Part shown: in pieces, positions 13,901 through 20,719 of the stretch
Layout: every line of letters starts with the position of its first letter
How positions within the stretch are numbered: the stretch's first letter is position 1
NCBI GenBank assembly: GCA_964506005.1
Contig: CAZDLX010000001.1
Location: 35,620 to 59,619, forward strand
Direction of reading: 5' to 3'
Length of the DNA stretch: 24,000 nt
Origin: an uncultured Anaerolineae bacterium
GTDB taxonomy: Bacteria > Chloroflexota > Anaerolineae > Aggregatilineales > UBA3940
The notes under the pieces: generated by a model
Seen by the model: only the letters and a program-made list of their open reading frames with translations
The model's database searches: none
What the model was told of the DNA's origin: nothing
Position numbers and translations under genes: made by a program

Positions 13901-15124
13901 CTAGGGCGCGGCGACATGAACGGTGTGCAGAATCACCGTCTCAGTTGACAATAGCTCGCGGTCGCTCGCGGTGATCGTCAGGTAGTTGTAGTCGTACCAG
14001 GGCCGCGCCCAGATCGTCATCAGCAGCCAGTAATCCCGCGGGGCCTGGATGTCCGCCGGCACCGGGATCACGACGACCTGCGGCACGATCTGGCCGGGCA
14101 GCCAGGCCGTGGCGGGCGGTGAGCTCATCGGGACGTCAGTCTGCGTCACGTTGACCAGGTCGGGGAACTCCTCCATGTGCACCGACATCCCGTACTCGTC
14201 GTCCTGGCGACCGTTGGCGCGCCAGTAGAGGGTCACTGACAGGGTGCCTGAGCTGGGCGTCAGCGGCTCTTCGGCGACGCGGTAGCCAACCAGCTCCAGC
14301 CGTCCGTCCAGGTACTGCACGGAAACCGGCGTCGCCAGCCAGCGGGCCTCGACGGCTGGCAGCAGAAACTGGTATGCGGCCAGCAGTATGACCCAGCTCA
14401 GTGCGCCGGCAATCACGAACCGCGCCACCTGCGGGGCCTGTGCCCGGCCAGCCTCTCGCAGCGTGTGTTCCATCACCCCGACGAGTACGAGCGTCCCGCC
14501 GAGGATCTCGAACAGCTCCTCGAAGATCTGGTGACGGTAGCAGTCGATGACTGTCACGTCAAAGCAGCCCCGGAAGATCACGAAGTCCTCGATGACCATC
14601 CCGCCTGCCGCCATCAGCGCGAGCCCGCCGAGGATCAGCGCCGGCGCCAGCTTCTGCCCCCTCCACTGCCGCCGGAATATGGCGATTGTCGCCGCCACGA
14701 CCACAATCCCCACAGCGCCGTACACGTACTTCCAGTTTGGGAACTGCTCGTGGATCTCGGCGTACTCGTCGATACCCATGACCATCAGGACCACGCCGAT
14801 CAGCAGCCAGTACGCGCCACCCCAGTTCCAGCCTTTGAGCAGGGTGCGGGCGTGGTACAGGGCAAAGACGCCTGCCACGCCCAGCTGGATGGCCGCCAGC
14901 GTCGTGGGGAGATTGCGCTCCTCGCTGATCATGTCGATAAACCAGGGGACGAGGCGGTACTCCAGCGGCCAGTTCCGCTGGGACAGGGCTGCCAGCACCA
15001 GCTCGACGAGCAGCATGAGGCCGAGCACGAGGATCGCGGGCCGTGTCAGCCGCCGCGCGAGCAGTGCGAACCCGATGATGGCGAGCAGGCCGATTATCAG
15101 GAGGATGAGCCAGTTTGACAGCAT
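13901..15124 (-). CDS. Polytopic integral membrane protein with C-terminal extracytoplasmic beta-rich domain, function unknown
   Basis: 407 aa. The first ~260 aa contain about 8 hydrophobic helices. The C-terminal ~140 aa (LSVTLYWRANG...EYGMSVHM...TAWLPGQIV...DYWLLMTIW) resemble, from memory, the C-terminal module on GT39/ArnT-like glycosyltransferases of Chloroflexota and cyanobacteria. Confidence 0.7.
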   Translation of the reverse strand: MLSNWLILLIIGLLAIIGFALLARRLTRPAILVLGLMLLVELVLAALSQRNWPLEYRLVPWFIDMISEERNLPTTLAAIQLGVAGVFALYHARTLLKGWNWGGAYWLLIGVVLMVMGIDEYAEIHEQFPNWKYVYGAVGIVVVAATIAIFRRQWRGQKLAPALILGGLALMAAGGMVIEDFVIFRGCFDVTVIDCYRHQIFEELFEILGGTLVLVGVMEHTLREAGRAQAPQVARFVIAGALSWVILLAAYQFLLPAVEARWLATPVSVQYLDGRLELVGYRVAEEPLTPSSGTLSVTLYWRANGRQDDEYGMSVHMEEFPDLVNVTQTDVPMSSPPATAWLPGQIVPQVVVIPVPADIQAPRDYWLLMTIWARPWYDYNYLTITASDRELLSTETVILHTVHVAAP

Positions 15125-15179
15125 TAGCAGGGACTTCTCCGCGGAGAGCGATGGGTAACGGGTGGCCTCGTCACAGATC

Positions 15180-15212
15180 GTAATATGAGGTTGGCGCCAC
15201 GGCCCATATTAC
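15180..15212. repeat. AT-rich inverted repeat GTAATATG-N17-CATATTAC
   Basis: Perfect 8-bp arms at 15180-15187 and 15205-15212 lie in the divergent intergenic region. Each arm contains a TAATAT / TATTAC -10-like hexamer on one strand. Confidence 0.4.
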
Positions 15213-15215
15213 TCC

Positions 15216-15256
15216 GTGACAGGGGCAGTCCGCAATGGGAGGCCTGCCCCTGTCAC
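15216..15256. repeat. Perfect 13-bp inverted repeat GTGACAGGGGCAG-N15-CTGCCCCTGTCAC
   Basis: Arms at 15216-15228 and 15244-15256 are exact reverse complements. The repeat lies 75 nt upstream of the nuclease ATG and 92 nt upstream of the membrane-protein ATG. No U-tract flanks either side. Confidence 0.6.
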
Positions 15257-15330
15257 AATTGCGGTCGCGGGGGTACACTCACCCGGCGCATGTGAGTTCA
15301 CCGTGTTCTTAGCCACCGGATCGGGTTGCC

Positions 15331-15882
15331 ATGAAGCTGCGGGTTTATCTGTCTTTACTCGGCGCGATGCTGCTCGTCACAGGCTGCGGTATGCCGGTGG
15401 CGCTTGACGACATCGCGGAGATCCTCGTCGCGACCCCGCCCGGTGCAGCCGGTTCCACCGGGGTGCCCGCGGCTCCGCCCGGCGGCGAGCGTGCGACCGT
15501 CACCCGCATCATCGACGGTGACACCATAGAGGTGTCCATCGACGGCGAAACCTTCCGCGTTCGCTATATCGGGCTCAACGCGCCGGAGTGGGATGAGGTG
15601 TGTGGCAGTGAGGCGACGCAGGCCAATGCAGACCTGGTCGCCGGGCGCGAGGTGACGCTCGTCAGGGACGTCAGCGAGACTGACCGCTACGGGCGGCTGC
15701 TGCGCTATGTCTACGTTGACGAGGTGATGGTCAACGCACAGCTCGTCGCGGACGGCTGGGTGGAGGCAAATTCGTATCCCCCTGACGTGACGTACGACGA
15801 CGTGCTCGCCGAAGCCGGGGCTGAGGCCCGCGAGGGTGGCCGCGGCTGCTGGGGGCCGGCCTGGCGAGGCGCCTTCGACTGA
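15331..15882 (+). CDS. Thermonuclease (staphylococcal nuclease-like) lipoprotein
   Basis: The lipobox is LLVTGC. SNase motifs are VTRIIDGDTIEV, RVRYIGLNAPEW and ETDRYGRLLRYVYVD. The position equivalent to SNase Asp40 is Asn (codon 15577-15579). Confidence 0.85.
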   Translation: MKLRVYLSLLGAMLLVTGCGMPVALDDIAEILVATPPGAAGSTGVPAAPPGGERATVTRIIDGDTIEVSIDGETFRVRYIGLNAPEWDEVCGSEATQANADLVAGREVTLVRDVSETDRYGRLLRYVYVDEVMVNAQLVADGWVEANSYPPDVTYDDVLAEAGAEAREGGRGCWGPAWRGAFD

Positions 15883-15895
15883 GCGCCGGGCCCGG

Positions 15896-16165
15896 CTACT
15901 CAACCTCTGACATCAGCTGTTCGAGAGCGCGCACCGCTTCCTCGGCGTCCGGGCCATCCGCCTTGATCTCAATGGTGTGCCCTTTGCTGGCGCCCAGCAT
16001 CAGCACACTGAGGATGCTCTTCGCATCTACCCAGTCTTTGCCGCCGGTAACGTTCCTCACATGGATGTCAGCCTGGTGTCTGGCTGCCTCCTGCACGAAC
16101 AGTGCCGCGGGGCGAGCATGCAGCCCGACTTCATTCGTTACCAACACCTCGGTACAGACCGCCAT
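15896..16165 (-). CDS. ptsH: Phosphocarrier protein HPr
   Basis: 89 aa. The active-site His is in GLHARPA. The regulatory-Ser motif is DAKSILSVLMLGA. The start lies 1 nt after the EIIA stop (TAGgATG). Confidence 0.9.
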   Translation of the reverse strand: MAVCTEVLVTNEVGLHARPAALFVQEAARHQADIHVRNVTGGKDWVDAKSILSVLMLGASKGHTIEIKADGPDAEEAVRALEQLMSEVE

Positions 16166-16166
16166 C

Positions 16167-16652
16167 CTAGTGCACCTCGTCGCGTAGAATACGTACGACC
16201 TGAGCGCTGTCTGCAGCGTCGATTACATCCTGCAGCACGCTCGCGTTCTGCAGCAGCTCCATCAACTGCTGGATCATCACGACCTGCTTTTCCGCCTCTT
16301 TGAGCGCGAGCAGAAACACGACCTTGGCCTCGATTGACGTCCCGGCGGATGCACCCATGCGGCCAAACGTGACGGGACGGTCGAGCACGGCTACGGCAAC
16401 GGCCGACTCCCGGACGTGCTGCGGATCGGCGTGCGGAATAGCCACGGCATGGGGCTCGGTGGGCAGCCCCGTCGGGAAGGTCTCCTCGCGCGCCAGCACG
16501 TCGTCGGCGAACTCAAGCTCGACCAGGCCATGTTCGTGCAGCTTATCGACCAGCGCCCGGATGACCTGTTCATGGTTCTCGGCTGTAAGATGCGTGATGG
16601 TGGTATTCTCGTGGATCAGGTCGATCAGATTTCGCTGCATACTCGTCTTCAT
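16167..16652 (-). CDS. PTS EIIA component (PTS_EIIA_2, mannitol/fructose/Gat-associated type)
   Basis: 161 aa. Motifs are FPTGLPTEPHAVAIPHADPQHV, which carries the active-site His, and KVVFLLALKE. Its ATGA start overlaps the epimerase stop. Confidence 0.85.
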   Translation of the reverse strand: MKTSMQRNLIDLIHENTTITHLTAENHEQVIRALVDKLHEHGLVELEFADDVLAREETFPTGLPTEPHAVAIPHADPQHVRESAVAVAVLDRPVTFGRMGASAGTSIEAKVVFLLALKEAEKQVVMIQQLMELLQNASVLQDVIDAADSAQVVRILRDEVH

Positions 16653-17287
16653 CCATCGCTAGCCTGGCGGAGCAGGTCTAAAGTGTTGGGCAGACTCTCG
16701 CCAGCGAAAAAGAAGCGCCCCACGACAGCGGTATCCGCTCCTGCTTCGGCGGCTGCCCGGACGTTGGCGGTGGTGATGCCGCCGTCGACGATCCACTCGG
16801 CGTCAGGCAGAAGTTCTCTGCCCCGACTGAGCTTGTCGAGCATGCTGGGCAGGAACGGTGCCCGTGTCTCGGGCTCGCTCGTGAGTATGTTGACGACGCT
16901 CACATAGGGCTTGAGATAGGCCAGGTCGGGCAGAGCCGTAGCCGGGTTGAAGGCAATGCCCGCCTGCGCCCCGTGCTCTACGATCAGGCCCAGGGTTCGC
17001 CGCGGGTAGGGGCAGGCCTCCCAGTGCACGGTGATCCGATCGGCCCCCTCCGCGGCTAACTGCGGGATAAGCCACTCGGGGTTGACCATCATGAGGTGTA
17101 TGTCGAACGGGATGCTGGTCAGCGGGCGCAGATCCCGGATGATCTTGGTGCCCAGAGTCATCACCGGCACGAAGACGCCATCCTCCACGTCGAAGTGGAT
17201 GAGATCGACTTCCGCGCGGTCCAGTTCCTGTATCACCTCGCCGAGTCGCTCAAGCGGGGCCGAGGCTAGAGATGGAGCAAAATGCAT
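16649..17287 (-). CDS. Ribulose-phosphate 3-epimerase family protein (SgcE/AlsE-like sugar-phosphate epimerase)
   Basis: 212 aa. RPE-like motifs are FAPSLASAPLERLGE, DLIHFDVEDGVFVP, FDIHLMMVNPE and IVDGGITTANV. The DGH His is replaced by Val. A GGTGAGGT RBS is present. Confidence 0.8.
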   Translation of the reverse strand: MHFAPSLASAPLERLGEVIQELDRAEVDLIHFDVEDGVFVPVMTLGTKIIRDLRPLTSIPFDIHLMMVNPEWLIPQLAAEGADRITVHWEACPYPRRTLGLIVEHGAQAGIAFNPATALPDLAYLKPYVSVVNILTSEPETRAPFLPSMLDKLSRGRELLPDAEWIVDGGITTANVRAAAEAGADTAVVGRFFFAGESLPNTLDLLRQASDG

Positions 17288-17315
17288 ACCGGGTTACCTC
17301 ACCATTCGCTGCAAG

Positions 17316-18407
17316 TTAGAGTCCGCGTGACAGGTTTACCCCCGAGTCCAGCTGCTGCGCAACGCGAGTTACGAGCTCAACCGTCTGCTCGACATCTGTC
17401 TGGTGGCACATGGAGATGGACGAATGGCTGTAGCGGTGCGGGATGGAGAGCCCGGCGATGGTATAGCCCATGTCCCCGAGGTAGAGCTGGAAGGCCGGGT
17501 CGGTAATCACCCCGACGATCACCTCGCGCTGCAGCGGGATGCCGCTCTCACGCGCCACGCCCTCGATGAAGCGGCGCAGGGGCGGAGAGGAGATCATGCC
17601 GGCCAGCGTGCCGCGCCCGTGAAAGTCCATCATCTTAATCGCGGGACCGTGTCTCAATTCAACAGCCTGCACCCTCTGGCCGCCCGGCGTCTCGGCTGCA
17701 ATGGTGATATCCAGCGAGATGATGGCGTCCGGGCGGATGCGGTTCACGACGGGCAGCGACCCGCGGATGCTGAACTCCTCTAGGACCGTAAAGGCGAACG
17801 CGACCGACCAGGGCGGCGGCGACTCGGCCAGGCGCTTCATCGCTTCCAGCAGGATAAAGACGCTCACGCGGTTGTCGAGGCTCTTCGAGCAGATCTGACC
17901 GTCGCCGAATATGTTGAAGTTCGGGTGGTAGGCGATCGGGTCGCCGACCTGGATGCCCGCCCCGGCGACAGCCTCGCGGCTGGGCAGGCCGACGTCGAGG
18001 TACATGTCGTGCACCTGCGGCACGGCGAACTTCTCCGTGCTCTTGGTGATATGGTGGGACTTCGTGCCAACGTAGCCGGTGACGAGATCCCCGGCGTCCG
18101 TCAGAACGTCCATGCGCTCGCCGAGCAGGCTCTTCTCGGGCACACCGCCTATGCGCTCGATGAGCAGGAAGCCGTCGTCGGTGATGTCGCGCACGATGAG
18201 CCCGAGCTCGTCGGCGTGCGCCTGCAGCATGAGGATGCGTTCCGGTTCCTGAGTTCCCCGCAGAACCCCGCTGACGTTCCCGATGTTGTCGACGACAACG
18301 TCGTCCAGCGTATCCGCGACGTAGTCACGCAGGTAGCGTATGATCGCATCCTCGCGGCCAGCAACCGCGTGGATGGCACACAGCTCTTCCAGCAACTCCC
18401 AGTTCAT
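17316..18407 (-). CDS. M42 family metallopeptidase (FrvX/SgcX-like)
   Basis: 363 aa. M42 metal-ligand motifs are retained: AHADELG, LDNRVS, VLEEFSIRG, ISLDITIA and PHRYSHSS. Confidence 0.85.
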   Translation of the reverse strand: MNWELLEELCAIHAVAGREDAIIRYLRDYVADTLDDVVVDNIGNVSGVLRGTQEPERILMLQAHADELGLIVRDITDDGFLLIERIGGVPEKSLLGERMDVLTDAGDLVTGYVGTKSHHITKSTEKFAVPQVHDMYLDVGLPSREAVAGAGIQVGDPIAYHPNFNIFGDGQICSKSLDNRVSVFILLEAMKRLAESPPPWSVAFAFTVLEEFSIRGSLPVVNRIRPDAIISLDITIAAETPGGQRVQAVELRHGPAIKMMDFHGRGTLAGMISSPPLRRFIEGVARESGIPLQREVIVGVITDPAFQLYLGDMGYTIAGLSIPHRYSHSSISMCHQTDVEQTVELVTRVAQQLDSGVNLSRGL

Positions 18408-18432
18408 GCCTGTTGGCTCCAGTGAAGTGTGG

Positions 18433-18460
18433 GGAGGGGTGAGTGCTCACCCACCCCTCC
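18433..18460 (-). other. Intercistronic GC-rich stem-loop between EIIC and the M42 peptidase gene
   Basis: Forward strand reads GGAGGGG-TGAG-tg-CTCA-ccca-CCCCTCC. Alternative pairing is GGGTGA-gtgc-TCACCC. There is no U-tract on the mRNA (minus) strand. It lies in a 73-nt gap, whereas the other junctions in this operon range from a 4-nt overlap to 33 nt. Confidence 0.4.
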
Positions 18461-18480
18461 GGGGTTTGCAGGCCGGTGTA

Positions 18481-19770
18481 TCAGGCGAACAGGCCGCCGA
18501 TGCGTGTCAGCAGCCAGGCGATCCAGTTGCCGCCAGACAGGCCCGTGATCTGCGTAGCGCCCTCCGGCATCTCGTACCCGATGTCTGCCGCAATGCTGGT
18601 GAGCATCGGGGCGAAGTCGGAGGCGATGTACAGGATGGCGACCATGATGATGGTACCGTAGACGATGGAGCGGAACAGGTTGCCCCGCGTGAGAGGCGGC
18701 ACCATCGCGACGAAGAAAGCCGTCGCGGCCAGGTCTGCGAAGGGCAGCGTTCGGTTGCCGGGCAGGATGAAGGCCAGCAGGAGTGTGATGGGGATCAGCA
18801 GGATGGCTGCCGCGATCGTGATGGGATGGCCGATGAGGATGGCCGAGTCAAGCCCGATGTAGAACTCGCGGCCCTTGAAACGCGTCTGGAGGAACTCGCG
18901 CGCCTGCTCTGAGAGCGGCGTGAGCCCTTCCATGAAAATGGCGATGATGCGCGGGACGAGCAGCATGACTGCTGCCATCTCGACGCCCAGGGTGAGAATC
19001 GCGACGAGCTGCTCGTTGAGCGTCATGCCAGGGTAGGCGGCATAGGCCAGCAGGCCCAGCAGGATGCCAAGCACCGCACCGAGCAGAATGGGCTGGCCGA
19101 TCACGCCCAGCCGCTTGCGGATCGTCTCCGCGTCCCACTCAATCTGGCCGATGCCCGGGATGCGGTCAAAGATCGCGTTGAGCCCGCGGATGATCGGCAC
19201 GCTGGTGATCGCCCAGCCCTGGGGGATGGAGATGCCCGGAATGCCGAAGAACTCCTGCACGTCTTTGGCCGTCCAGTCGGCGATCAGCAGGGACACGATG
19301 GCGTGGATGCTGGCGGCGATGAGGCCCCACAGCAGGCTCCCGCCCGTGATGAGGTAGACGAGCGAGCCCGTGAAGGCGTAGTGCCAGAAGTTCCAGATGT
19401 CGACGTTCAGGGTCTTGGTCGCCCGCAGAATGAGCATCACGATGTTGATGCCAAAGGCGAGCGGGATGACCAGCGCGCCGACCGTCGTGCCAAAGGCAAT
19501 CGCGGCGGCGACCCCCCAGCCCACGTCGATGGCGACGAGCTCGAGCCCGGTTCTTTCAATCAGTGCCTCGGTCGCCGGTGCCAGAGCGCCGATCAGCAGC
19601 CCGATCACCAGGTTCAGGCCGACGAAGCCCACACCGATGGTCAGCGCCGAGACGATAGCGCGCCTGAGCGGCTGGCCGAGGATTAGCCCAAGGATCAGAA
19701 TGACGATGGGCAGCAGAACGACTGCGCCCAGCCCGGTAAGGAAATTCGATATGGCGTTGATTACTTCCAT
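18481..19770 (-). CDS. PTS EIIC component, galactitol family (GatC/SgcC-like)
   Basis: 429 aa and polytopic. It is closely collinear by eye with E. coli GatC motifs (NVDIWNFWHYAFTG, MLLVPRIIAIFMEGLTPLSEQAR, GREFYIGLDSAILIGHP, LPFADLAATAFFVAM, RGNLFRS). A GGGAGA RBS is present. Confidence 0.92.
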   Translation of the reverse strand: MEVINAISNFLTGLGAVVLLPIVILILGLILGQPLRRAIVSALTIGVGFVGLNLVIGLLIGALAPATEALIERTGLELVAIDVGWGVAAAIAFGTTVGALVIPLAFGINIVMLILRATKTLNVDIWNFWHYAFTGSLVYLITGGSLLWGLIAASIHAIVSLLIADWTAKDVQEFFGIPGISIPQGWAITSVPIIRGLNAIFDRIPGIGQIEWDAETIRKRLGVIGQPILLGAVLGILLGLLAYAAYPGMTLNEQLVAILTLGVEMAAVMLLVPRIIAIFMEGLTPLSEQAREFLQTRFKGREFYIGLDSAILIGHPITIAAAILLIPITLLLAFILPGNRTLPFADLAATAFFVAMVPPLTRGNLFRSIVYGTIIMVAILYIASDFAPMLTSIAADIGYEMPEGATQITGLSGGNWIAWLLTRIGGLFA

Positions 19771-19803
19771 GGCGGTGTCTCCCTTGTGGTAGGCGAAGAT
19801 CGG

Positions 19804-20157
19804 TTAGCTAACCGTATCTTCTGTGTCAGGCGTCGAGCCGGTCTCCTGTGATCTTAGTTCTGCTTCGATGTTATTAATCACCTCCTCCAATCCGATTCCC
19901 GTCAGGAAGGGAACGCCATCGAAAACCGGGACGTCGACATCGTATGGGACCTGGCTGGTCGTGATGATTGCCGACGCGCCGCTGAGCGTGTCCGGGATTT
20001 CTGCAACGCGGCACTGCACGGTTCGCACCCGCAGCCCCCGCTTTTCGAGCTGCTCCTGCAGCTTCATGGCCACGTGAGTCGAGGTCGCTATGGCGGTACC
20101 ACATGCAACGACGATCTTGTGGATGTAACGTGCTGGGCTCTGCTGCTTGTCTGCCAT
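19804..20157 (-). CDS. PTS EIIB component, galactitol family (GatB/SgcB-like)
   Basis: 117 aa. The active-site Cys motif is KIVVACGTAIATSTHVA. A GGAAGGG RBS is present. Confidence 0.85.
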   Translation of the reverse strand: MADKQQSPARYIHKIVVACGTAIATSTHVAMKLQEQLEKRGLRVRTVQCRVAEIPDTLSGASAIITTSQVPYDVDVPVFDGVPFLTGIGLEEVINNIEAELRSQETGSTPDTEDTVS

Positions 20158-20181
20158 ATTCCCTTCCAGATAGCTTGCCTG

Positions 20182-20700
20182 TTAGTCTCCTAGAACGTTC
20201 CGGAACGTCGTCTCAAACATCCAGATATCGTACTCGTAGGCGTCGTCGAACGGGGGCGGCACGACGGCCACCAGGCGGAACTTCTTGGCATCGAACTGCG
20301 GCTTGAAGGTTTCTGCCACGCCGCGGTCCTTGCCGAACCGCGAATAAACGATCACGACCCCGGCGTCCTCGACTTCCGCCAGCAAGGCGAGCTTGTCGAG
20401 CGTCTCCTGCGTGATCGAGTCCGGCTCGCAGATGGCGAGCATCGTCTGTCTCGAGTCGCTGACGGCCATCACGTCGACATCAAGGTTCTGCCCGTTCAGC
20501 GTGACGTCGGGGAGCACGTAAACGTCGTCATACCCCGATTTGGCGAACGAGCGCGCGGTATAGAAGCGCAGAATGTGCCGCAGGTGCGCGTCTTCCCGCG
20601 TAGGCTTCGGAAGCTGGGTGCGGAAGTCAACGTAAGTCTCTACCCTGGACAGGTCGACACGCCTGCCCGTATTCTGATCTGCGTCCAGCTGGAGATGCAT
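20182..20700 (-). CDS. Hypothetical protein (172 aa), no recognisable family, embedded in the PTS operon
   Basis: The start is placed at ATG 20700, with AAAGGAGAGG 2-5 nt upstream and 19 nt after the regulator stop. The longer ORF (to 20856) would overlap the regulator gene. The protein is soluble with an alpha/beta pattern (DVYVLPDV, LDVDVMAVSD, MLAICEPD, GVVIVYS, FRLVAVV). Confidence 0.65.
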   Translation of the reverse strand: MHLQLDADQNTGRRVDLSRVETYVDFRTQLPKPTREDAHLRHILRFYTARSFAKSGYDDVYVLPDVTLNGQNLDVDVMAVSDSRQTMLAICEPDSITQETLDKLALLAEVEDAGVVIVYSRFGKDRGVAETFKPQFDAKKFRLVAVVPPPFDDAYEYDIWMFETTFRNVLGD

Positions 20701-20719
20701 GTCCTCTCCTTTCGTAGCG

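Noticed and set aside
15216-15407. 63-aa plus-strand ORF starting with a GTG inside the 13-bp inverted repeat.
   Set aside because: It has no SD, overlaps the nuclease gene start out of frame, and its start codon is part of the repeat arm.
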